This document shows, piece after piece, positions 8,783 through 18,482 of a DNA stretch of 64,000 nt (position 1 is the first letter of the stretch; every line of letters starts with the position of its first letter). The stretch is from an uncultured Saprospiraceae bacterium (GTDB lineage: Bacteria; Bacteroidota; Bacteroidia; Chitinophagales; Saprospiraceae). The notes below the pieces were generated by a model. The model was given only the letters and a program-made list of their open reading frames with translations, was not told the origin of the DNA and made no database searches. Position numbers and translations under genes: made by a program. The DNA lies in NCBI GenBank assembly GCA_964508085.1, contig CAZDTI010000001.1:74-64073 (forward strand), written 5' to 3'.

Positions 8783-10648
8783 ATGAATCAATCGACTCCT
8801 TCCAACCCTATCCCCCGCAACTGGATCGACCATTACGTAGAACCACATCACAATCAAATCTATGGCAAAGACAGACGAGGCAACTGGTTCGACAAGGAAG
8901 GACGTAAGTTAGAATCTCCTGTTTTTCTCCAAAACGATGTACTGGTTTCTCTTCCAGGAAAAAGATCGAAGCAATCGCTTTCTTTTCGGGGGCAAGCTTT
9001 ATGTGTAAGTCCAAGTTGTACTTTGATACAAGTGGGTAAAGTTGTTTATGACGTACAGTTGAATATGGTCTCTTATTATGGTCAAAAGATAACAGGCTTA
9101 GGTCCGAACAACATTACATTGGCAAAGAGTTCTTTCATTCAAGAGGTTTATCTGGGCTTGGATAAAAAGGCCTATTTGACTGAGCATGATCTACAACCTT
9201 TTCTTATTTTAGGAGAACTAGTTACCCAACATTTACGAACGGTCAAAAAAGGAAAAGATCAATATGAAATTTTCAAAACGGCACAAAATACTTATGTCCT
9301 CAATGCCATCAGCAGTGAAGTGCTTTGTTGCGATGAAGAGCCGGTCTATATTAATTTTTCCACTTACGTAAAACTGGGGAAACAAGAATTGGCACTTTGC
9401 ACGGGCTCCAAAGGCAATCGCTATATGAATATCGCCACGCAGCAATCATTCTACATCGACCAAATCAATGAGGAACCAATCACTCATATTGACCTGGAAC
9501 CGATGACCTTCAACGAGGCCCAACTTCGAAATATGAAAACCGCCAGCCAAACTTTTGTTTACAACGAAACCACGAAAGAGATTTTCACACTGAATGAGGG
9601 CGCCGTCACACCGGAGAGTATTCGAGAGGATCAGCATTACCCAAACCACTATGGCGTGGCCATGATTTTGGGGACAGAGAAATTATTTTACAAAAAGAAA
9701 AATGAGGTTGTTCGAGTTCCCAATACCAATTTGGAAGTAGCAAAATTAATAAGTCGGCCTAACCAAAAATTACTAAACGCAGTCACAACAACTAACGAAC
9801 GTATTGTGCTGGATGCTCGAAAAGGGTATGAACAATTGCAACAAGCCTTCTCAGGCGAACGAGCCGTAGTAGAGGTCTTTGGCGAGTCTCATAAACTCGG
9901 ACATACCATTGTCCAAAATGTTTTGCTCGAAACACTAGGTGGCTCGGAAAATCGAGTGATTAACCTGAATAAAGAAAAATTGGACGTCTATACCTTACCA
10001 GATGATTTATTTACTTCATCGGAAAATAACAATTATTCTACGTTTAGAACAAACCCCTTGGTCAAATTGGATTTTGAAAGAATCACAACCATCGAAGAAG
10101 AAACATTTGTGTATGGGGAGTTTGTTCCTTACCATGAATCTCCCCTACCCCTTCTAATTCAAGTCAGTAATGGTAGACCTTTACATTTGGAAGGTGGTGG
10201 TTTTAGGAATGAATTGGTCTATGGTTTCAATCAAAGTACGCTGAATGAAAAATATCACCTTGGTCCGCATCGGATGATTGGTGCTTTGACTTATACCGAG
10301 GACCTAAAAGAGCGGGAGATCTTATTTTCTTTTTTGACTCGACGAAGCTGGCTCATGATGGATGATTCCTTTTTGCCCATTTTCCGAAAGGTGGTCAAAC
10401 ACCAATCGCAAAAGAGCTGGGACTATTTACTTTTCGAATTGCGTAGAATTGCATCAACGAAAGAATACATCGTAGTGGAGAAAAAAGAGCCACATCGAAT
10501 CCTGGTCGTTGTAGAAAATGATATTGAGGTCCCTAAAATTGTTTCTGATTTGCAGAAAACTTTAAAGATTCCGAAGAAGTTGAATGCTTTGAAGAAGTTG
10601 TTTAGTGGGGATCCGGGATATTTGAAGGAGGTTGGATTAGCCGAATGA
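8783..10648 (+). CDS. hypothetical protein (621 aa, no signal peptide)
   Basis: Long ORF. I place the start at ATG 8783 (MNQSTPSNP...), because the 8696 extension runs through a GC-rich intergenic repeat. No domain recognised. Confidence 0.55.
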   Translation: MNQSTPSNPIPRNWIDHYVEPHHNQIYGKDRRGNWFDKEGRKLESPVFLQNDVLVSLPGKRSKQSLSFRGQALCVSPSCTLIQVGKVVYDVQLNMVSYYGQKITGLGPNNITLAKSSFIQEVYLGLDKKAYLTEHDLQPFLILGELVTQHLRTVKKGKDQYEIFKTAQNTYVLNAISSEVLCCDEEPVYINFSTYVKLGKQELALCTGSKGNRYMNIATQQSFYIDQINEEPITHIDLEPMTFNEAQLRNMKTASQTFVYNETTKEIFTLNEGAVTPESIREDQHYPNHYGVAMILGTEKLFYKKKNEVVRVPNTNLEVAKLISRPNQKLLNAVTTTNERIVLDARKGYEQLQQAFSGERAVVEVFGESHKLGHTIVQNVLLETLGGSENRVINLNKEKLDVYTLPDDLFTSSENNNYSTFRTNPLVKLDFERITTIEEETFVYGEFVPYHESPLPLLIQVSNGRPLHLEGGGFRNELVYGFNQSTLNEKYHLGPHRMIGALTYTEDLKEREILFSFLTRRSWLMMDDSFLPIFRKVVKHQSQKSWDYLLFELRRIASTKEYIVVEKKEPHRILVVVENDIEVPKIVSDLQKTLKIPKKLNALKKLFSGDPGYLKEVGLAE

Positions 10649-10649
10649 A

Positions 10650-12284
10650 TCAAATCTTCCTAAAACTCCCAGCGGTAATAAGCTTCCCATTTGATAAAAC
10701 CGAATAGAAGTACAAACCGGCCTGTTCCAACTCCGGCAGTTCTACAAAAAACCGATCTATTGATTGCCGAGGAACCGATAAAGAAGCAACCACTTGACCT
10801 AAAGAATTGTAGATGAACAATTCATAGAAAAAATTGGCTGTTCCATCAAATTCTAAAATAGCAGTAGAGGTATATGGGTTTGGATAAACTAAATTTGTCC
10901 CCTCCTCTCCTATCGGGCTATAAGGCCGAAAATCCTCCATCGCCCCATCCATCCAATCTACCCGATCCATCAGCCAGGTTTTTAAATACTCAATTTCCTG
11001 AGCGTAAGTTTCCCCAATGAAAGCGTTTGGCCAAACGTAGTTACCTAAGATATCCCATCGCTGAAAATTACGTTGCTGTGCTTCTGTCAAGGAAGTACTC
11101 TTTTCTTCAATCATTCCGCAGAGCAGTTCTTTTGTCCAGATGCTTTCACGCAAACTCTTCCAACGATCCTGTAAAGCCAAGGCAAAACGCTCATCTGTTC
11201 TTAACTTATTCCAATAGAAAGGGGTCAGCCAGAAATCATCTGGACATATATTGTTATAATCTAAAACCCAACCAGTGGGCTCCGGACCTGCACAAAAGTC
11301 AACATTTCCAAAGCCAAGGTTAAAATCCCAAACCGGCCCAGCCTTCAAACGAGAATCATTGGAACCATCTCGATCTTTATAGAGGTAAGTGCTCAATCGA
11401 TAGGCATCTACATTTTTACAAAGCTCATTCACTAGAATATAATCAATGAAAGTGGCCGGATCAATATATTTTTGATACCCTTCCAGGCTGTCATTAAATA
11501 TTGGGTCAGGTTCGCGCATCAAACGCTCCCATTTTCGAACATAGTTCTCAATGTAATAAATTTGATTGACTGTAATGTCATCTGCCTTTGGATAATGAAA
11601 CTGGTAATAGGTTTGCTGATAGCCTCCATCAACTGGTCGATAAGGTGAGTTCCAGCCATCATTATTCAATCCCGTTTCCTTGTCTAGCTTTATAATGTAA
11701 CCACCTGTCACAGCAGCACCATTATTATCTTCAGGGCTAAGTTTCGCTATGTCAACTCTGTTCTTATCTCGTTTTATTTTTTCTAATAATAAAAATACGC
11801 CTTGATAATTGTCATTTATGACTACTTCACAAAAACGATATCGGGGAGCATATTCCATAATTTGCCCTGCTAAATCGTAAGCCATCGCATTTCGAATAAG
11901 TGATTTATCTCCGTAAGGACCATAAAGAATCCAATCGTTTTCTTTTGGTAAACCTAACAACGGAACATTGTTATTACTACCGTCCTCATTCCTCGTTTCA
12001 AAAGCATAGGACTTTTTATCATAGGCACTTTGGGAGGAAGAGCCCCTTTTTTCTATACCAATTTTACCATCATAGCCTATTGGTAAATCTGTGAGGTAAT
12101 TCCGCTCTCCATCTCCATTATCTATAACTTGCAATTCTGCGGTAGACTTCGGCTCATCCGGAATGAGGATACCATCTATTGTATTTATTATGAAAATAGG
12201 AAGGTTAGAAGATTCAAACCCAACTTGACTATTGAGGGACAAGGAAATAAAAAGACAATAACAGAGGCAAAATAATCGGAACAT
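10650..12284 (-). CDS. CotH-family protein with T9SS type A C-terminal sorting domain
   Basis: Signal peptide MFRLFCLCYCLFISLSLNSQ. CotH-like blocks (KKSYAFETR, LYGPYGDKSLIRNAMAYDL, FCEVVINDNYQGVFLLLEKIKRD). C-terminus LVYPNPYTSTAILEF...YFYSVLSNGKLITAGSFRKI. Confidence 0.75.
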   Translation of the reverse strand: MFRLFCLCYCLFISLSLNSQVGFESSNLPIFIINTIDGILIPDEPKSTAELQVIDNGDGERNYLTDLPIGYDGKIGIEKRGSSSQSAYDKKSYAFETRNEDGSNNNVPLLGLPKENDWILYGPYGDKSLIRNAMAYDLAGQIMEYAPRYRFCEVVINDNYQGVFLLLEKIKRDKNRVDIAKLSPEDNNGAAVTGGYIIKLDKETGLNNDGWNSPYRPVDGGYQQTYYQFHYPKADDITVNQIYYIENYVRKWERLMREPDPIFNDSLEGYQKYIDPATFIDYILVNELCKNVDAYRLSTYLYKDRDGSNDSRLKAGPVWDFNLGFGNVDFCAGPEPTGWVLDYNNICPDDFWLTPFYWNKLRTDERFALALQDRWKSLRESIWTKELLCGMIEEKSTSLTEAQQRNFQRWDILGNYVWPNAFIGETYAQEIEYLKTWLMDRVDWMDGAMEDFRPYSPIGEEGTNLVYPNPYTSTAILEFDGTANFFYELFIYNSLGQVVASLSVPRQSIDRFFVELPELEQAGLYFYSVLSNGKLITAGSFRKI

Positions 12285-12583
12285 AACTTATTTTCTGCTT
12301 TTTAAAATATTATTAGGGCTTAATCAGTTTCAGAAGTCTGCTTAGAAGAAACTCTAATCTACCGGATTAAAATTGGTACAAAAAATTAAGTGCTAAAAAA
12401 TCAGAAATATTAAAAATAGTTTGAGTAACTTTCCATAGCAAAAATTTATTCTTTGACAAATGAAGCGATTCTTCAACAGTTTTTTCGCAAATGGTTTAAG
12501 TGAAATCGCTTAGGCGATGAAAACGCTCGTTGAGTGACTATATAGTAGCGAATTCGTCAAAGAAACATAAAAATAGTATAATA

Positions 12584-13066
12584 ATGGCAACACCAAAAAA
12601 TAACAAACCTCTTCGCTATTCTGATAAAGAATTAGCAGAATTCAAAGAACTCGTAGACCAAAAAATCGCTGATGCTCAAGAACAGGTTCGGCAGCTACAA
12701 GAGCAGGTTCTCGAACTCAATGAAAGCTTGCAAACAAGCGGTGCCGACTTAGGGGACAACTCTGCATACACTGATGTTGAATTTATAAATAACTTGATTT
12801 TCAGACAAAAGAAGAACATTCAGGATCTGGAAAATGCGCTTCTTCGCATCAAGAACAAAGTTTATGGTATTTGTACCCTTTCGGGAGATTTGATTGATAA
12901 AAAGCGCTTGATGATTGTGCCTACCACCATGAGGAATCTTGTGGCCAAAACAGAGGCAGAGAAAAAGGCAGCTGCTAGATCTAATCCAAGGCGAACTTTA
13001 TTATCTGATCGAAAACCAATTCCACAATTTGGTAAAAATAATACAAATAAAAAACCAAAAGAGTAA
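12584..13066 (+). CDS. DksA/TraR-like protein (Bacteroidota type, degenerate zinc finger)
   Basis: Start at ATG 12584 (MATPKNNKPLRYSDKELAEFKEL...). Coiled-coil N-terminus, then NKVYGICTLSGDLIDKKRLMIVPTT, which retains only one Cys of the C4 finger. Confidence 0.55.
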   Translation: MATPKNNKPLRYSDKELAEFKELVDQKIADAQEQVRQLQEQVLELNESLQTSGADLGDNSAYTDVEFINNLIFRQKKNIQDLENALLRIKNKVYGICTLSGDLIDKKRLMIVPTTMRNLVAKTEAEKKAAARSNPRRTLLSDRKPIPQFGKNNTNKKPKE

Positions 13067-13079
13067 CTACGAATGCCCA

Positions 13080-13122
13080 CCTCGTTCTAGCAAAAATAAA
13101 TACGATTTTCGCTAGAACGAGG
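13080..13122 (+). terminator. perfect 12-bp stem hairpin downstream of the DksA-like gene
   Basis: CCTCGTTCTAGC (13080-13091) pairs with GCTAGAACGAGG (13111-13122). The loop is 19 nt and A/T-rich. Confidence 0.5.
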
Positions 13123-13144
13123 CAGAATTTAATGACGACGACCT

Positions 13145-13768
13145 ATGAGCTTCTACCCTTCCCTCCAAAACTATATTACTGAACTTCTTACTGAGCTTGA
13201 TCAAATACCAGAAGCCCGCCGTGAACTGCTTAGGCCGCTTGGTCAGTACTGCAAAAAGCAAGTAGATATAGGTAAGCCCCTAAATCTTGTTGTCATTTGT
13301 ACCCATAACTCACGACGTAGTCATATGGGACAACTTTGGCTAAGAGCCGCCGCTCATTACTACAAAATCCCAAATGTAGAAACCTATTCTGGCGGAACAG
13401 AAGGCACTGCATTTAATCCCAGGGCCGTAAAAGCCATGAAAGAAGCTGGTTTTAAGATTTCCAAGAAGACAGATGGAAGTAACCCCCGTTATCTTGCCAC
13501 TATACACGCCGAAGACGACGGCCAACTCCTATTCTCGAAATGCTATGATGACGCTCCAAATCCAACAAAGGATTTTGCACCTATTCTGGTTTGTACAGAA
13601 GCAGATAAAGGTTGTCCGATTATTTTGGGAGCTGATGAACGTTTTCCCATTCCTTACAATGACCCTAAAGCATTTGACGATACTGACTCTGAAGAAAAAG
13701 CTTATTCAGAGCGTTGTCGGGATATTGCACGAGAGATGTTCTTTGCTTTGGAGATGGTAATGGATTAA
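13145..13768 (+). CDS. low-molecular-weight phosphotyrosine phosphatase / ArsC-type arsenate reductase family protein
   Basis: CX5R(S/T) P-loop in VVICTHNSRRSHMGQLW. Size of 207 aa fits the LMWPc family. Confidence 0.75.
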   Translation: MSFYPSLQNYITELLTELDQIPEARRELLRPLGQYCKKQVDIGKPLNLVVICTHNSRRSHMGQLWLRAAAHYYKIPNVETYSGGTEGTAFNPRAVKAMKEAGFKISKKTDGSNPRYLATIHAEDDGQLLFSKCYDDAPNPTKDFAPILVCTEADKGCPIILGADERFPIPYNDPKAFDDTDSEEKAYSERCRDIAREMFFALEMVMD

Positions 13769-13790
13769 TTCATTTATAATTAAAAACAGA

Positions 13791-13827
13791 TTGCTGTAAA
13801 AACAGATTGAAGTATTGCTGTAAAAAA
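13791..13827 (-). repeat. two reverse-orientation TTGCTGTAAAAA copies at the outer edge of the repeat tract
   Basis: 13791-13802 and 13815-13827. The second copy overlaps a 9-bp hairpin (AAGTATTGC / GCAATACTT) that may also terminate the phosphatase gene. Confidence 0.5.
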
Positions 13828-14082
13828 GGCAATACTTGTTTACTGTTTTATTAACTCCCTTTCTAGTTGTATTCCATTAAATTCGTTTTACCACTAGTTG
13901 CTATTAAGGACTAGTAGGCGATGATCTTAACTAAACCGGTTCAACATACTTTTTGTAATACCTTTTTTAAGCTAAATGAAATTAGCAATCTCTAAAAAGG
14001 TATTAGATGTAACTCTACGCTTTTGTTATCACCTCCTCTCCCCTACTCTATTTCTTATTGGTCGTTTCATTAACCACAGCAT

Positions 14083-15990
14083 TACAGATTTACAGCAATA
14101 TGTTTTGCTGGTTTCCTTGTTTTATAGGTAAAGTTAGGAATAAGGCGTTAGCGCCCACTGCGTCTATTCCTAAATAAGTCAAATAGGCTGCTCCTTTAAC
14201 GTGAAAGTACAACTTGAAAAATCCATAAAACGACGCACCTATAATTCCTACAGATCGTTCAACTTAGACCTGCATAGAAAGGCTAGCCCAAATTTATCAA
14301 AGTAGACCACTTCAGGAAAGGCAATGTTATGGCTAAAAGCTAAATTAGAAATTCTATCTTCCGCTTTGTATTTATTTTACAGCATTCATTTTTTACAGCT
14401 ATACAGCATAATTTGTTTTCGCTAGCTTTAGGTTTCCTTTTATGCTTAAGAAATGAGTATTCATAAATCAGCCTTACTGCCTTTTATCCGGAGTCATACT
14501 CTCCTTCCATTCGATCTAACCCTATTGGTGATGCAGCAATTAATTGTACCTTTTGAAAGGTCAACTTCACTTTAAGAACCATTTAATAATTACTGCAATA
14601 CAGCATTCTGTTTTTACAGTAAAAAATAGATAATAACATTTCTAAGCCAATTAATTCTCTTTTCAACATTATTGAACGTTTTTTATAATAAAGCTACTCT
14701 GAATCAATTTAAAAGGCTTTCCTTGGAAACACAGACTTAAATTAATTTAGGAGAGAAAGCTGAAGGGACTTGGTAAAGTTGAATTCTATTCTATTTTCAG
14801 AATATGCTATAAATATGTTTTTACAGCAATACAGATTTAATGCAAAAGTATCCTTATGAAAATGGAATTAAAGACTTTAAATATCTATTTAAAATTTTTA
14901 CCGGGATTGCTCTACCAAGTGTATCAATCCTCTAGCAGCCCCAAATCCATTAAGGGAAATCTGCCCGCTGAAACATTATGGCACAGTCTCCTTTTTTATC
15001 CGCAATTGAATCTATTGTTCAAAATTTTCAATGAATCACTAGTTGAAACGAGAGTGGTACTTTATAAGTAATTGCTTTGGCTTTAACTTCAAAAAGTATA
15101 TACAGATTCACTTTTTACAGCAATACAGCATGCTTGATGGCTTTTCGAATTCTAAACTCAGCTAAATGAGGAAACAGCATTTTTAGATCCAAACTATATA
15201 ATCAAAGTCATCATTGAAAACCCTGACTGAAAGGCCAGTCAAGGACTTCGCATATTTTAGAGAGCCAAGCCGATCAAACCTTTTTGTTAAAATTGTAACG
15301 AATCAGATTTTTGATTTTGACTCGATCAAACAACTTGTAAAGATCTAATCTAAAAAATCTAGACGTAGGGATTAGTCTGACACTAATTTCATTTTATTGC
15401 GTAAATAAAGCGATACAGCATGCTTGTTTTACGGCAATAATGAACGGCTTCAAAATTCTCTTTCTAAGAGCATCAGTGGCGTTTTCGACGTACTATTCGT
15501 TTTTAACAAAAAAACCGCTCTGAGGCAATTTAAAGACTACTGGTTAAAGAATAGGCTTTGATTCTTTTAATGGAGAAACAAGATTGGTATGGATGCCCTT
15601 GAACTTTCATTTTCAGAGGTCGCAGTAAAACTACTTTTCTGGTTTTACAGCAATACAGGTTTACAGCGTTCATTCTTAGAACAATAGAGAAATTTCGTCT
15701 CTAAAAATAAGGCTTGAACGGAGACAAAGCTCTCTTACAAAAAACGTGAAGGTTTAGTAATCGTCAAATAAGAGGATAATCGTAATGTGAGGACTATTCA
15801 GATGGAATTGTGGTTAGCGGGGCTGGCCTACTTGTAGGATAGGAGGCAGGGAGGCGCAAAGACAGACTTTATTCAAAACCTCTTTATTAGCTTATATTGA
15901 GATTTACTCGAATTCTAGGCATAAGTAAGGTGCTAAATTAAAATAGAATCTGTATTTACAGCAAAACATATATCTGTATTTACAGCACAG
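14083..15990 (+). repeat. eight dispersed clusters of 8-bp-phased TACAGCA(A/T) units; candidate partition centromere or operator array
   Basis: Clusters at 14083-14100, 14378-14409, 14591-14620, 14822-14837, 15101-15131, 15414-15437, 15646-15669 and 15948-15988. TTTTACAGCAATACAG is exact at 14819, 15113 and 15643. Confidence 0.7.
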
Positions 15991-16023
15991 CGTTCGTTAA
16001 CCCTGTGTAATTCTACCAAAAAT

Positions 16024-16323
16024 TTAATCCTCAAGGTTCAAATCTTTCCGAACCAATTCCACAATGTATTTCTTCAAAGTCACCCGTTTTTCAAAAGAGG
16101 CATACTTCAAAGCGGTATAAACACTCACTGGGAAATCAATAGTGACTCGCTGAACAGCTTCTTTTTCTCTAATTGGTTTTGCTACTGGAGTAGGGGAGGG
16201 GCTAACCTCTTCGGTATGCACCTGCTTAATGATACGTTCCGAACTTTGCACATCTGGGGCTGCCTTTTTCAATACTTTCTTTTGTGTAAGGCTTTGCTTA
16301 AATAAATCTTTTTTATTAGCCAT
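16024..16323 (-). CDS. small ribbon-helix-helix (ParG/CopG-like) partition or centromere-binding protein
   Basis: 99 aa, immediately downstream of parA. The C-terminal RVTIDFPVSVYTALKYASFEKRVTLKKYIVELVRKDL has a beta-alpha-alpha RHH pattern. The N-terminal tail is basic and flexible. Confidence 0.6.
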   Translation of the reverse strand: MANKKDLFKQSLTQKKVLKKAAPDVQSSERIIKQVHTEEVSPSPTPVAKPIREKEAVQRVTIDFPVSVYTALKYASFEKRVTLKKYIVELVRKDLNLED

Positions 16324-16410
16324 GGTTGAATTATCTTTTGATTCCTTGATTATGATTCATCTCTTCCGATCAATTATCAAAGAAACTTTATTTTTAAAAT
16401 AGAACGGATC

Positions 16411-17061
16411 TTAGGAAACCAAATTAATGATTTCATTACAAAGATTAATAACTTCTTGTTTTGCCTGCGGGTTGGTGTATTCATAGACGCCCATTCCCTG
16501 CAGGTTAGCTTCACCATAGGCAGAGCGATCTACTAGCTTGCTTTGCATGGTATCTACTCCGTAGGTTTCCTTAAACTCAGATAGTGCTTCTAGATAAGCT
16601 TGATGCATCTTCACATTCGCTCTAAAGCGATTGACAACGAAAGCGGCAGGAATAGCAGAGCCTTTTTGGTCCCGAATCAGATCGTAATGCTCCAGTAATT
16701 GCTCCGTTGTCCAGATATCAGACCCACCTGTAGGCGTAATTGGAATTAACAAAAGGTGACTGGCAAGGATGATCTTACTGGCAATTTTAGATAGAGCCGG
16801 AGGGCTATCAATGATAATAACCTCATAATCATCGTACAAAGCTTTAATATTTTGCATGATGGCCTGAGGATCGGTATTGCCATAAACAGGAATGTTGGGT
16901 AGTTCACTGCTTCGACGCCCCAACCAACTCTGACTGTTTTGAGAGGTATCCGCATCGAGAATACATACTTTGTAACCGGTATGCGCCAAACAGACAGCTA
17001 CGTTTTGAGCTACTGTAGTCTTGCCAACTCCTCCTTTATAACTTAGGGAAGATAGAATCAT
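16411..17061 (-). CDS. parA: ParA-family partition ATPase (small, type Ib-like)
   Basis: Deviant Walker A SYKGGVGKTTVAQN. 216 aa with no N-terminal HTH. Also ILDADTSQNS and IIIDSPP motifs. Confidence 0.9.
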   Translation of the reverse strand: MILSSLSYKGGVGKTTVAQNVAVCLAHTGYKVCILDADTSQNSQSWLGRRSSELPNIPVYGNTDPQAIMQNIKALYDDYEVIIIDSPPALSKIASKIILASHLLLIPITPTGGSDIWTTEQLLEHYDLIRDQKGSAIPAAFVVNRFRANVKMHQAYLEALSEFKETYGVDTMQSKLVDRSAYGEANLQGMGVYEYTNPQAKQEVINLCNEIINLVS

Positions 17062-17129
17062 AGTGTTTCGTTTTTACTAAATGGATAAAGTCCATTTGTA
17101 ATCGCAAATATAGTTTTTCATTCTAATAT

Positions 17130-17186
17130 TTGCTGTAAAAACATAAATAATGTTTTGTATAATTACTTTTTGCTGTATTGCTGTAA
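17130..17186 (-). promoter_or_regulatory. TACAGCAA-type repeats in the parA upstream region (candidate operator or second centromere site)
   Basis: TTGCTGTAAAAA at 17130-17141 and TTGCTGTATTGCTGTAA at 17170-17186. These lie 70-125 bp upstream of the parA start, oriented co-directionally with parA. Confidence 0.5.
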
Positions 17187-17252
17187 TAAAAAATCCCAAC
17201 ACATACCATTATGACTGTGTTGGGATTTCTTGTTTTTTATACTAAAGCTCTA

Positions 17253-18071
17253 TTAGAAAGGATTATAAATCCCTGGCCCACCAGCCATTTCCATCAAACC
17301 TGCGATATTAATCATAAAGGTTACACCACCAAACCAATACACGTCTTTTCTGTTTGGGTTTCCTCTTTGCCTTCCAACAGGGTTAGGTAATTTATCATCT
17401 CCTAAGTATTCAGGTGTTCGATAAGCCAAACCTGCGGCTATACTATTCGTTTCAGTCAAGGCATCTATATCCGTATAATTCCCACTTACATCATCTAAAT
17501 AATCAGTAAACGTTTTTCTTAAGCCTCCCTCCATTCCAATAGAAATGGCATCGGTCAGATATACTTGAGCTCCAAATCCTCCTGGTATGGATATTTGGTA
17601 TAGCCCATATACGCTATTTTGCCCCTCTGTACGAAGAGGTTGTAGATCATACCATTGATTCTGGTAAACCGCCTTAGGGTTATGGTGAAAACCCGCAACT
17701 CCACCAAATACAAATGGAGAGAAAATTGGACGATCTCCCGTCATGAAAGACAAAAAGTGGAATTCTGCCAAGGCGTTCAGCTCCTTAATCTGAGATTTAA
17801 ATGATAGATTTCTGGAAGCATTTCGCCCTCGATCTTCTCCAGATATAGTCGATTTTGTAAAACTGATCCTAGCATCTAGGAATTCATTGATTCTGTATTT
17901 TCCAATGACACCAGTCGCAAGACTGATTTCTGCTTTTTCTAGATGAGTGGATTGAACATCCCCCATATAGCCAGACGAACCGACGAAGAAGCCGACTTCC
18001 ACGCCTTGAGCATTCATGATGAAAATAGTAGCAAATAGTAGGTAACAGGTAGAGATAACATTCTTACACAT
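17253..18071 (-). CDS. outer-membrane beta-barrel protein (porin-like, unknown function)
   Basis: Signal peptide ...LLFATIFIMNAQG. Alternating hydrophobic beta-strand pattern. C-terminal aromatic residue (…IYNPF). Confidence 0.55.
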   Translation of the reverse strand: MCKNVISTCYLLFATIFIMNAQGVEVGFFVGSSGYMGDVQSTHLEKAEISLATGVIGKYRINEFLDARISFTKSTISGEDRGRNASRNLSFKSQIKELNALAEFHFLSFMTGDRPIFSPFVFGGVAGFHHNPKAVYQNQWYDLQPLRTEGQNSVYGLYQISIPGGFGAQVYLTDAISIGMEGGLRKTFTDYLDDVSGNYTDIDALTETNSIAAGLAYRTPEYLGDDKLPNPVGRQRGNPNRKDVYWFGGVTFMINIAGLMEMAGGPGIYNPF

Positions 18072-18385
18072 AACAATTCCTTTTTAGTAATGAAAACATT
18101 TAAATAGACTAAAAGGGGAGTATTCTGATAAGGGGGATCAGTTCTTAATTAATTATTGCTACTTAAACTACTATCCAGCCATTCTGGATTTTAGCAAAAA
18201 GCAAATCATTTAAAAGGGGGAGATATCACTGGCTAAAATTGAGGGGAAGTTAACTTGACTTAGCCAGAATACAATCTCACTTAGACAAAGAGCATACCAT
18301 TTGACAAAAAACTCGATACGGGAAGCTTTATTATTCTGATCTGAGGCAAGTTATTATCTATAAAATAGAATAGAGGTAAGCAATT

Positions 18386-18424
18386 GAAAAAGCGCAGATT
18401 TCATAGGAAAACCCGCGCTTTTTC
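18386..18424 (-). terminator. hairpin downstream of rep
   Basis: GAAAAAGCGC (18386-18395) pairs with GCGCTTTTTC (18415-18424). A/T runs on both sides. Confidence 0.35.
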
Positions 18425-18482
18425 TGTTATTAAGACTTATAGCTTGAACGACATACCCAAATAGAAGTGAAATAAATAATAG

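Noticed and set aside
8481-8857. 70-aa and 123-aa reverse-strand ORFs spanning the adhesin 3' end and the next gene's 5' end
   Set aside because: They overlap the conserved T9SS type-B C-terminal domain coding region and a GC-rich intergenic repeat. They are composition artefacts.
14856-15071. 71-aa ORF inside the repeat tract
   Set aside because: It is an isolated, low-complexity ORF with no recognisable motif. It lies between two repeat clusters in an otherwise stop-rich region, so it is probably a chance ORF. A small peptide cannot be excluded without expression data.
13770-16020. Spaced repeats that could suggest a CRISPR array
   Set aside because: The repeat units are short (8-16 bp), degenerate and clustered. 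The spacers are 200-300 bp rather than ~30-40 bp. No cas genes or leader are present. The context (ParA/RHH/Rep) fits partition or operator sites better.
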